A program made the position numbers and the translations under genes. Positions 38,355 through 47,342 of a DNA stretch of 64,000 bases are shown one piece after another. This DNA comes from Candidatus Dojkabacteria bacterium (GTDB taxonomy: Bacteria > Patescibacteriota > Dojkabacteria > JAFGLO01). Where the stretch lies: the NCBI GenBank assembly GCA_016927995.1, contig JAFGLO010000011.1:391-64390 (forward strand), given 5' to 3'. Below the pieces are notes generated by a model. It made no database searches. It saw nothing but the letters and a program-made list of their open reading frames with translations, and was not told the origin of the DNA. Numbering within the stretch: the first letter of the stretch is position 1; the number at the start of each line of letters is the position of its first letter.

Positions 38355-39367
38355 TTAGTTATCTAGAATTTTAACTTTATTCCAAATGTCTTCTTCAATT
38401 TCAACCATTCCAGATTTATTAACTTCGTCAAGTCTATTAAGATTATTATCTCCTGGCACAATGACATGTTCTCCTTTTTTTGGTCTTTGTTGGCGAATTT
38501 CTCTGTTGAACTCTGAAATTTCATTTTTAAAAGATTGAATACTGCCGAAAGCCTCAATATTTATTACTATAATGAATCCTCCATGATCCTCATTTACATA
38601 TCCTGGATCCATCTTGTTGCTCAACTTAGCCCCTACAAGAGCTCCAGTCATTATTTCAATTAGATAGTTTATATTATACCCTTTGTAATTGCCGCCCATA
38701 GGTAAAATATTTGAAGTACCGTCTTCTGCTAATGCTTTATTTGCATCTCTAGTTACATTTCCTTCTGTATCAACCGCTGAATTTTCTCTTAAATCTTTAT
38801 TATCTTTTTTACAATTACATATTTCGAAATATGTGATCTGGGATGTGGCCATGTCAACGACGATTTCTCCTTCTGACGTCGGGAAAGCGTATGAGATCGG
38901 ATTCGTTCCAAGTAATCCGCAGGTTCCATTGATGGGGACAACACCCAAAGGACCCCCATTATATCCTGCTAATGCAAAATAACCTCTCTTTGCAATTCCT
39001 TGTGTCCATGTATGAAGTGTATGCATTCCACCTGAATTATCAAATCCAAGAATACTAATCCCTGTTGTACTTGCTTTTTCTATGAGCGTATCGTGAATCC
39101 ATTTTATCTTGAATGTCATTGGAAGATTATGAAAGTCTATGTGTAATAGGCTGGGCATATCTTGTACGATTTCTATTGCATTCATCTTATATTTTTCTTG
39201 TCGCTCTGTATCCGATAGGATCTCATCTTTAGTACATTTGATCTAGGATATTTTCTGACATAAGCTTCGGATAGTTCTTTTGAAAAGTACTCAGCTTCTT
39301 CTTCGGAAACATATTTTAGTGCTACTTTCCGTAGTTTATCTTGCAACTCATCTAATTTAACTTGCAT
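38355..39367 (-). pseudogene. Frameshifted Ldh_2 paralog of 33167..34180
   Basis: ORFs 39182..39367 and 38355..39185 join into a full-length paralog if one A is restored in CTAAAGATGAG at about 39229. Confidence 0.85.
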
Positions 39368-39662
39368 TATTATTGTTTTACAAATTATTTATATAACTGT
39401 TAAATTATAGCACAAATCGTTTTGGCTCGAACTGTCCAAATGTTGAGAAAATCGAGTACTAATAATACTAACTGAGTAATACAAAGAAACCATGTCCGTT
39501 CACCCCAAAACACAAAAATGCTGATATTACGAGGATATTTTAAGCTGGCGGGGTGGACGGAATCAGGCTCGAACTTATAGTTTCAACTTTTTAAGAGATG
39601 GTCGTTACAGAATCCGTTTTGGAGGTATGATGTGCCGAAGGTGAGTTTTGAGATAGACTTAC

Positions 39663-40706
39663 TTAGTTATAGTCTGTTAGAGATAAAATCTTTTTATTGA
39701 AGGTAAGATCTGAGTCTATGGTTGATGCATTCCTTATTGCATCATAAATACTTTCTCGAACGGCAGATATTGCAGATTGAGCTAGAATATCAACTTTAAA
39801 TTTCCACCATTCTCCATTTTCAATACTTTTACCTTCATCTGAAAATGGGAAGTCAACTTCTTGAGTAGAAAAAACAAAAACAGTATCTCCATCGAAAGAG
39901 GTATTAATAGGGTCTATTGCTCTAGCCTGACCAATATGCACTAATTCTGCAATACGAGTTAAATCCTGTTGGAGAAAATCAAGTTTTAAATTTGTTCCTA
40001 CGATACTTATCGTAGTATTACAAGTATAATAATCAGAAAATCCTTTGAAAGTTCTAAATTTAAAGTCGGAATTGTTGTGTCTGTTACCAGCAATAATCTC
40101 TCCTTTCTCATTAACTACATTTCCCAGGGCATTAACAACGGACATAGCAGTTACAATACCATCTTTTCCAATCTTTTCACTAGCATGTCCTAGACCACCT
40201 TTCATTGCAAGAGAAGTTTTATCATCTAACCACGAGAACTTTCCAACCGATGCTCCATATCCAGCACCAATATTTCCACTTTGAACAGGTTTGCTTGAGA
40301 TGTTTTCCACTACTTTGAGTCCAAGTTTATAGTCAAGCTTCGTAGAATGAATTCCAAGTGAACTGATCACGGCACCCACAATGGATGGTTTGTAAACAGA
40401 GTTATTTTCAAAGCCAATCTTTAATTTTGAAAGACCTTCGTTTATGTAGCTTGAAAAGTTTAATCCATCATGTCCACCATCAGCTATATATATTGCATGT
40501 CTCAAATAATAGTTTTTGTCTAAAGATAGATTTGTAGTATTGTAGGTTACAGATGCCCCTCCTTTTGAAACACATGCTACATTGAGTGGTTTAGGAAATA
40601 CAACTAGTGTTAACCCGTACTGCATATTTCCATCTTGTACATTTCCAACACGAACTCCGCTTAGCTGTGTTAACGAATTGTTTTGGAAGTTTTTATTAGA
40701 GTCCAT
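39663..40706 (-). CDS. P1/S58 (DmpA-like) aminopeptidase
   Basis: GVRVG, GNIGAGYGA, VVNALGNV, NTTI, DGDTVF. Confidence 0.88.
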   Translation of the reverse strand: MDSNKNFQNNSLTQLSGVRVGNVQDGNMQYGLTLVVFPKPLNVACVSKGGASVTYNTTNLSLDKNYYLRHAIYIADGGHDGLNFSSYINEGLSKLKIGFENNSVYKPSIVGAVISSLGIHSTKLDYKLGLKVVENISSKPVQSGNIGAGYGASVGKFSWLDDKTSLAMKGGLGHASEKIGKDGIVTAMSVVNALGNVVNEKGEIIAGNRHNNSDFKFRTFKGFSDYYTCNTTISIVGTNLKLDFLQQDLTRIAELVHIGQARAIDPINTSFDGDTVFVFSTQEVDFPFSDEGKSIENGEWWKFKVDILAQSAISAVRESIYDAIRNASTIDSDLTFNKKILSLTDYN

Positions 40707-40885
40707 ACAGTTGATTATATCATTTTTAAAAGTATTTATGCTCGAACTTTAAATACTCCCTTAATAACAGTAGAAGATTGATATATCCGTGGATGTAAGT
40801 TTCATATTAAGGAATTCGGCTCGAACCGAGAAAATGCTTATTTATCAACAAGAAATCGTCATTTTTTAGAGGTATGTTCGTTAAA

Positions 40886-40960
40886 CGGGGCGGACGGGGA
40901 TCGAACCCGCGACCTTCCGCGTGACAGGCGGACGTTCTAACCAAACTGAACTACCACCCC
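40886..40960 (-). tRNA. tRNA-Asp(GTC)
   Basis: GGGGTGG/CCGCCCC acceptor stem, TCCGC-CT GTC AC-GCGGA anticodon arm, GGTTCGATCC; no encoded CCA. Confidence 0.97.
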
Positions 40961-41106
40961 ATTTTGTGGTAACAGTATTGTAAAAGAAAATCACCAAATC
41001 CGCAAGATATGCTAAAATAAAAATAGCTAAGGTAAGTTCAGCTACATTTGTATAGACCCTGTTTTTAAGTAACAAAGGGTTAATAAACCATTTATCCGAT
41101 ATCGGT

Positions 41107-41676
41107 GTGCTGCGCTCCCCTGCTCTTAAAAGGGCGCTTAAGGCTATCGATAGAGCCCACTTTGTTCCGGTGGCAGAAAAAGACTATGCATATGCCGATA
41201 TGCCGTTACACGTGTCCAGTGGGCAGACAATATCCCAACCATACACCGTTGTTTTTATGCTCGAGCTTTTACAGGTTAGGCCTGGAAACACAGTTTTTGA
41301 AATAGGCTACGGTTCCGGATGGCAAACAATGATTCTTTCAAGCCTTGTCGGAGATAAAGGTCATGTGGTAGCCGTGGAAGTTCGAAAGGATATGGCAAAG
41401 ATTGGCGCTTCCAACATTGATAAATACAATCCTTCGAATGTTGAACTTGTCGTAGGAAACGCAATTACAGCTGCAAATTCTTACGATAAGTTCGACAGAA
41501 TAATCTCAGGAGCTGCTTTTGATGGAATTCCGGAGGTATTAGACCAAAAGTTAAAGGATGACGGAATCGCTATTGTCCCTACTCAGGATGGAAACGTTGT
41601 TAAACTAACAAAACTTAAGGGTACTCTTGGCACAGAAACTTATGAAGGGTTTACCTTTGTTCCCATAGTTCAGTAG
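41107..41676 (+). CDS. pcm: Protein-L-isoaspartate O-methyltransferase
   Basis: AYAD.PL..GQTISQP..V..ML, EIGYGSGW, FDRI, FTFVPIV. The true start may be upstream (CTG at 41059). Confidence 0.93.
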   Translation: MLRSPALKRALKAIDRAHFVPVAEKDYAYADMPLHVSSGQTISQPYTVVFMLELLQVRPGNTVFEIGYGSGWQTMILSSLVGDKGHVVAVEVRKDMAKIGASNIDKYNPSNVELVVGNAITAANSYDKFDRIISGAAFDGIPEVLDQKLKDDGIAIVPTQDGNVVKLTKLKGTLGTETYEGFTFVPIVQ

Positions 41677-41753
41677 GACGTGAAATTGTGAATAGTAATA
41701 TGGGCGTGCCTGCCTGTCTATCGACAGATAGAGACTCGGACCTATATTTCATA

Positions 41754-41827
41754 TGGGCGTGCCTGGACTCGGACCAGGGACCCCAGTCTTATCAGGACTG
41801 TGCTCTAACCAGCTGAGCTACACGCCC
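41754..41827 (-). tRNA. tRNA-Ile(GAT)
   Basis: GGGCGTG/CACGCCC acceptor stem, CAGTC-CT GAT AA-GACTG; T-loop variant GGTCCGAGTCC. Confidence 0.93.
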
Positions 41828-42002
41828 CTAACGAAATTAGGGTGTGGCAAACCTTTTAAGCTGCCTGTCCGCCTCTGGCGGAAGCTACACGCCCCTAACG
41901 GTGATTACTATTATCGGGACTTGTGTATTTTATGGGAATTCTTGCGAAAGTGCAAGCAGAGGTGGATTAAGTTAATGAGTATTTCACCATTACATATCTT
42001 AA

Positions 42003-42524
42003 TTAACTGGTAACCATTTGTAAACATCTGCGGTTTCGGCCTTGGTTGCCTCTTCCCGGTTTATAGTCGGTAAATATAATCTGGTCATCGGTGAATATAT
42101 CCTTCATTAGATCTTCGAAGAGGGCTTGTGCAGTTTCAATTCCCAAGGAAGGATCAGTTAAACTTATTTGAGGGAAAAAGTAATAACCTGCGGTTGCAAG
42201 ATTTTTGGGATAATCGGAAAGATTACATTTACCTATAGGGATAGAACGTGAAAGTGGCTCCTCTATATTCAAAAGAAATGTGTGGTCTTTGTATTTGAAA
42301 TTGATCAGTTTGACAAGTTCTAGATTTGTAAATGGTCTTGGTCCGATATCGATAACCCTATTGGTTGCAGCTTCGCCTAATGCTCCCCGTGCTAAAACTG
42401 CGTTATCGTGCGGAACTATTTTTTGAATACTTTTGAATCCTTTGATTTCTATAATGTTTGTATGTTGTTGCCCATTAAAGCCTCGACGCGACATTTTGGT
42501 GGTACTGCCAAAATTATCTTTCAT
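42003..42524 (-). CDS. Hypothetical protein
   Basis: 173-aa ORF with no recognised motif. Confidence 0.5.
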   Translation of the reverse strand: MKDNFGSTTKMSRRGFNGQQHTNIIEIKGFKSIQKIVPHDNAVLARGALGEAATNRVIDIGPRPFTNLELVKLINFKYKDHTFLLNIEEPLSRSIPIGKCNLSDYPKNLATAGYYFFPQISLTDPSLGIETAQALFEDLMKDIFTDDQIIFTDYKPGRGNQGRNRRCLQMVTS

Positions 42525-42618
42525 TATACACAGTTTTTGTACAAAAGGTAACTGTAATTATAATTGCTGGTTGTTCTCACAGGTGATATAATATGCGATC
42601 TAAACCAAGAGGTGATTT

Positions 42619-43558
42619 TATGACAGAAAAAGTGAATGTGGATGTTATCCCAGCCGAGCATGAACCGTTATCATTTGATGAAGCTAATCAGACAGCTTTA
42701 ACTGATGAGCTAATACTTTGGCTTTGTGAGCAATCATGGCTTCCTGAAATAAAAAATGGAAATGGACAACTGGTCGTGTGAGCGTCTTGAGACCTGCAAT
42801 GAAATTGGATGGCTTGAGAATTATTCTAGACGCCTTGATGCTGGGTATAAGCAGGCCCAGGAAGAGTTTAATCGGGTATTTGATTTGAGCGAGGCATTTT
42901 CTCGTGCTGATTGTATCCTTAAACAATTTTATCTTGATTGCAGAGAAATTATTGGTTCGTATGCATCTCGTACGATAAGATTTGGTGAGATACAAACTAG
43001 AGCAAGTATGAAAGTGATCGTTGATTTATACTGGGCAAGAACATTAGACTCTTTGAAGCCTTTACATTTAACAGAGGATCAGGTAGTCCATATTCTTCGA
43101 TTGTTAGCTAAACGTGGGATCGATCCTACTTTAGTTGATTGGATGCCTTTTAATGAAGAAGAGTTTGTTCGTTTGTATGATAAAGTAAATTTTGAACTAA
43201 TTATTGAAGAGGTTGTTCCAGAGGCTTTAACAATTGAAGATGATTTGGAAGAATGTGTAGAACGAAGTTGTTCATATAGTGAGGAGATTAGAATGGTTAG
43301 TGAACGATTAGCTTTTCTTAACCAACGCCTTGATGAGTTAGAAAGTTACAAGGGATACCCCGTCTCACTAGTATTCAAGAAACAGTAGAATTATTGCTAA
43401 ACCGTTGGTATTGGATTAATCGAACGGTACAAAATGGTGAAGCAACATATGAAGATGAGATTACCAAGTTTTTCGTGGTAGAGGGTTCTGGCCCTGAAAA
43501 ATGTAAACTTGTTGCAGAATTTATTGTTTCGACACTACGTAAGCTATCCCAGGAGTAA
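42619..43558 (+). pseudogene. Hypothetical coiled-coil protein split by two apparent frameshifts
   Basis: Three overlapping same-strand frames: 42593..42781, 42756..43388 and an unlisted frame ending WINRTVQ...LRKLSQE* at 43558. Shifts near 42750 (A-run) and about 43352. Confidence 0.5.
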
Positions 43559-43672
43559 TGCTAGCTATTTTCCCTACCCAACCAACGCAATCTTCACTTG
43601 ACTATACAAGAATACCCATGCAGGAGCTTGAAATTTACCTTGTCGAATATGTACTTGATAAATGACAAAATG

Positions 43673-44194
43673 CTAGTTATTACCGTTAAAAATATCCTTA
43701 TACATTCGCCACATAATATAAAATCCGAGAATAACCTGAGCAATATAGTAAGGCACGACCATAAATGAGGGTAACCCAAACGGATTCCAGCGATAAAGCT
43801 CGTACACCTGGGGCACGCCATATTTTTCATATAGAATGTAAGGGATCCACGTTATTATACAGGTTCCCATTAAAAGCTGCGAAATTGCGTGAATAAAAAT
43901 AATAAGCATAACGCCAAGAAGTAGATAATCACCTAAATGTCTTGTTTGCTTGGGGAAAAGACCACGGCAACATGCCGGTATAACTAAAGTCCATCCAAGT
44001 ATAGTTACGACTTCATGAAAGGTATCGGTTGCCTTGCCGAATGATTGCACAAGTGTTTTGGTATCGGTCGTATTTATGTTTATTAAAAACTCAAGCCCCC
44101 AGTAGCCAAAACAAATTAATAGAAACACACCGGTCCATTTGGCAAGCGTAGTTAAAAATGCTGCAAACTCTTTTGACGTTATATTGTTTTTCAT
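43673..44194 (-). CDS. Hypothetical multi-pass membrane protein
   Basis: Four hydrophobic segments. Confidence 0.7.
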   Translation of the reverse strand: MKNNITSKEFAAFLTTLAKWTGVFLLICFGYWGLEFLININTTDTKTLVQSFGKATDTFHEVVTILGWTLVIPACCRGLFPKQTRHLGDYLLLGVMLIIFIHAISQLLMGTCIITWIPYILYEKYGVPQVYELYRWNPFGLPSFMVVPYYIAQVILGFYIMWRMYKDIFNGNN

Positions 44195-44303
44195 AATTAC
44201 ATAATTTTGTCACACAAAATTAATTCTATCAAGTTTGTAAGTGGGATTTTTAAAATATTTGTAAACAAGGTAAACTAGAAAAGTTAAGTTAATCACACTT
44301 TGC

Positions 44304-44648
44304 ATGAAGAAAACCTGGAAATATGCATATAACATATTATTTTGGGTATACATAGTTTTTTTTATAGCAATGTCGTTCGACATTGACATCAAAGACAACT
44401 TCTGGAGAGGCGTAGGAGGCTTTTTAATTCACAATATTCCAACAGTAATACTTTTGGTTGCTCATTTCGCCACAATAAAAAATTATAAGGTTCGTAGCAT
44501 ATTGTTTTTAATACTTGCAATTGCTTCCGTAATATTCTTCAGAACTTATATAAATCTGGCTGTATTCCTGTATGTTACTGTCCCAATACTTGCACTAAGC
44601 GGATTCTCCTATATTCAGAGTAAAACGATCATAAACCCAAATAACTAA
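44304..44648 (+). CDS. Small multi-pass membrane protein
   Basis: MSFDI..GFLIHNIP pattern, four TM segments. Confidence 0.75.
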   Translation: MKKTWKYAYNILFWVYIVFFIAMSFDIDIKDNFWRGVGGFLIHNIPTVILLVAHFATIKNYKVRSILFLILAIASVIFFRTYINLAVFLYVTVPILALSGFSYIQSKTIINPNN

Positions 44649-44665
44649 GCTAAAAACCATTTATA

Positions 44666-45529
44666 TTGATGGACGTAAAACAGGACCTGATTAGTTTGAT
44701 TTCAAAGGATTCGAAAGTACTTTGTTTGTTGGCACCTTCCTTTGTGGCAGAGTTTGATTATCCCGACATTATATATACACTTAGAGCATTGGGGTTCGAC
44801 AATGTCGTGGAACTTACCTTCGGCGCAAAAATGATAAATCACGGCTATTACGAAATATTAAAGTCGGACAGTGACAGTCGAACATGGATTGCATCACCCT
44901 GCCCAACTTTAGTGCAATTAATTCGTACAAAATATCCGCATCTTGTTAGGAATCTGGTTCCTATACATTCCCCTATGGGTGCAATGGCTTTAATATGTAA
45001 TAAGTTTTTTCCCGGATATAAAAAAGTTTTTGTCGGACCATGCATAACCAAAAAATTCGAAGCAAAAGAAATAGGAACAGTCGATCTGTCAATAACTTTT
45101 AAAGAACTGCTTGAAATACTTGACCAAGTAAAACCTGTTATTAAAGAAGAACACAAGCAAACATTCAATAAATTTTACAATGACTATACAAAGATTTATC
45201 CAATTTCCGGAGGATTATCGGAGACCTTACACTACAGCAAAATTCTTGATGATAAAGACATTCTTGTGACTGACGGAATTAGAGAGATAACTCAGGTCTT
45301 AAATGGTTTCAAGAATGGATTCTACGAAAAGTATAAATTTCTTGACATATTAACCTGTAAGGGCGGATGCATAAATGGACCGGGTATGTGCGGAACAAGA
45401 CTTCCGGCCGAACGTAAACAAAGAATTATTGGCTATAGGGATTTTGCAAGGACATCAGAACGGGACATTGGTCGTGCCGGCACGAAAGTTGTTGTTGAAG
45501 ACATAGATTTTACGCGAAAGTTTGAGTAG
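44666..45529 (+). CDS. Stand-alone [FeFe]-hydrogenase large-subunit C-terminal (H-cluster-fold) domain protein
   Basis: LAPSF, IASPCP, FVGPCITKKFE, LDILTCKGGCINGPG. Confidence 0.88.
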   Translation: MMDVKQDLISLISKDSKVLCLLAPSFVAEFDYPDIIYTLRALGFDNVVELTFGAKMINHGYYEILKSDSDSRTWIASPCPTLVQLIRTKYPHLVRNLVPIHSPMGAMALICNKFFPGYKKVFVGPCITKKFEAKEIGTVDLSITFKELLEILDQVKPVIKEEHKQTFNKFYNDYTKIYPISGGLSETLHYSKILDDKDILVTDGIREITQVLNGFKNGFYEKYKFLDILTCKGGCINGPGMCGTRLPAERKQRIIGYRDFARTSERDIGRAGTKVVVEDIDFTRKFE

Positions 45530-45691
45530 TAAGCTGTTCTCCGAAATATCCGTATGGGAAGAAAGTCAGCAGATAAGGCAACAATACTGAAAATCATTAA
45601 GACACGCATATATCCTAATTAGACAAATACACGAGAACTTGAAAAAGTATGTGTTCTGACTTTCTAACCGTAGGGATATCAGGAGAATAAT

Positions 45692-46813
45692 TTACTCGTC
45701 GGTAACTGTTCCCATTTTTTTGAATCGTTCTTCTTCAAAATCAATATTTTTTGCCATTTCTTCTTTCGAGCTCATTGTGTAATAGGTCGAGCGACCGTGA
45801 CCATATTGGTTAATTAGCTTGCGTTCAGACATTTCCGTAAGGTCCCGAAAGGCTGTCATAAAAGAAACTCCCATCATATCTGTATATTCTTTTCGTGTTA
45901 TTTTCAATTTTCGTTTAAGATAAGTAAGAGCTCTAAGTTGTCGAGAGTTAAGCCCTAATAACATTTTACGTTTGTTCTGAACCTTTTCCTTTTCAATTTG
46001 GATCATTTGATTATTAAGGTTCTGAATATCCATAGATACTCCACGTACAAATCTTTCTATCCATGAGGTAAGATCATTGGATTCTCTGCTTGCAATTAAC
46101 GCCTCAAAGTATTCCTCTTCGTACGTATAAAAGTGAAGACTTGTTGGAATAAGTCCGTTCTGCCATATATTAAGCTCAGAAAATAAAAGTTCAACGGTAG
46201 CAAGAGTTGTAAGCTGGTTGGCCGCAAGAAACGGAGCATACTGAAAAAGCTCAAATACGGTAACAGCTGTTTTTATTAAAGGATGCACCAAAAACCTTGT
46301 TTCAGTAACCCAGGAAAAAAGATCGTTTAGGTGGTTTTGGATATTTATTTGTGATAGCTCTTTGTTGTGATAAGATTCCCAGCGATCGTAATTTGATACG
46401 GGGCTTTCACCTTGGTTACGATATCTACCACCATTCCAGGAATCAACCCAGTTGTTTGTCAAGAGTTTATTAAGATGAACAATTGTGGCCGCCGAAAAGC
46501 TCATGTATCTGTCTCTTTTAACTTGTTTTATAAATTCAATTGCGTTTCGATAATTTACAAGTACAACTTTTGGCTCTTTAAGTACGTTAATTTCTTTACC
46601 CTTAAATACTTTTTCTGCATCTTTCATTGTAATATTAAGTCCAATAAGTTTTCCCACATAGAAAAGGTTTTCGGTACGTTTTTGCTCGTAAAGCTGTTTT
46701 TTCTGTCTTGCTGGAAGTGGAAGGTTAGTTATTTCCTTAAAGGCAATTTCAAAATTGACAATATGATGTAAAACCTTGTTTGTTATGTAGTATTTCGGGG
46801 TGTACATTAGCAA
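45692..46813 (-). CDS. Fic-fold protein with degenerate catalytic motif and C-terminal wHTH
   Basis: MYTPKYYIT N-terminus, VLVNY, GRYR, HPLIKTA, APFLAANQLTT at the Fic motif position, SFMTAFRDL..GRSTYY. Confidence 0.8.
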   Translation of the reverse strand: MLMYTPKYYITNKVLHHIVNFEIAFKEITNLPLPARQKKQLYEQKRTENLFYVGKLIGLNITMKDAEKVFKGKEINVLKEPKVVLVNYRNAIEFIKQVKRDRYMSFSAATIVHLNKLLTNNWVDSWNGGRYRNQGESPVSNYDRWESYHNKELSQINIQNHLNDLFSWVTETRFLVHPLIKTAVTVFELFQYAPFLAANQLTTLATVELLFSELNIWQNGLIPTSLHFYTYEEEYFEALIASRESNDLTSWIERFVRGVSMDIQNLNNQMIQIEKEKVQNKRKMLLGLNSRQLRALTYLKRKLKITRKEYTDMMGVSFMTAFRDLTEMSERKLINQYGHGRSTYYTMSSKEEMAKNIDFEEERFKKMGTVTDE

Positions 46814-46866
46814 CTTAGGTTTGATTTAAGTAACGGAATTGTAACAGCGATTGTTTTATCTCGCAA

Positions 46867-47021
46867 GTAGGGGTGGGTTTAGACCCGCACCCCAATTTCG
46901 AACACATTGTTGGATAATACATTTAAAAATGGGGGATACGTTTAAACCCAAACATGAATAAAAAAGTGCCTTTGTATGAATTCTTGGGGATGTCTTCGTG
47001 TCGGTTTAAACCTGTCCCTAC
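46867..47021. repeat. Degenerate GTAG-type REP-like palindromes
   Basis: GTAGGGGTGGGTTTAGACCCGCACCCC at 46867 and GGTTTAAACCTGTCCCTAC at about 47003, same family as 356-468. Confidence 0.55.
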
Positions 47022-47069
47022 AATGAGAATAAGGAATATGATAAAATTCGTATGTTGACTTATGTTAAC

Positions 47070-47156
47070 GCCGAAATGGTGGAATTTGGTAGACACGCCG
47101 GCCTTAGGAGCCGGTGCCCTTTACCGGGTGTGTGGGTTCAAATCCCACTTTCGGCA
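47070..47156 (+). tRNA. tRNA-Leu(TAG)
   Basis: GCCGAAA/TTTCGGC acceptor stem, CCGGC-CT TAG GA-GCCGG, long variable arm, GGTTCAAATCC. Confidence 0.97.
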
Positions 47157-47211
47157 CTTTCATCCTTAGTTGTTGGTGGGTTATAGAGTCAGTCCTTTTC
47201 TTTCCGCTGTG

Positions 47212-47246
47212 ATCATAGTTATTACAGGCACTAGAATAACTATGAT
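47212..47246. terminator. 12-bp hairpin between convergent transcripts
   Basis: ATCATAGTTATT-11 nt-AATAACTATGAT. Confidence 0.4.
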
Positions 47247-47342
47247 TGTATTTAATTATCTGTAAGTATCCAGAACAGTTTGTATTTCGTATTATCTTTT
47301 GCGGTCATGATGGATGGTAGCAGATTCTCTCTTCATAAGCAA

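Noticed and set aside
27290-40885. Island as a prophage or intact ICE
   Set aside because: No structural, replication, conjugation or intact integrase genes are visible.
40881-41075. 64-aa ORF (likewise 41753..42013 and 52005..52208)
   Set aside because: These overlap tRNA genes and are shadow ORFs.
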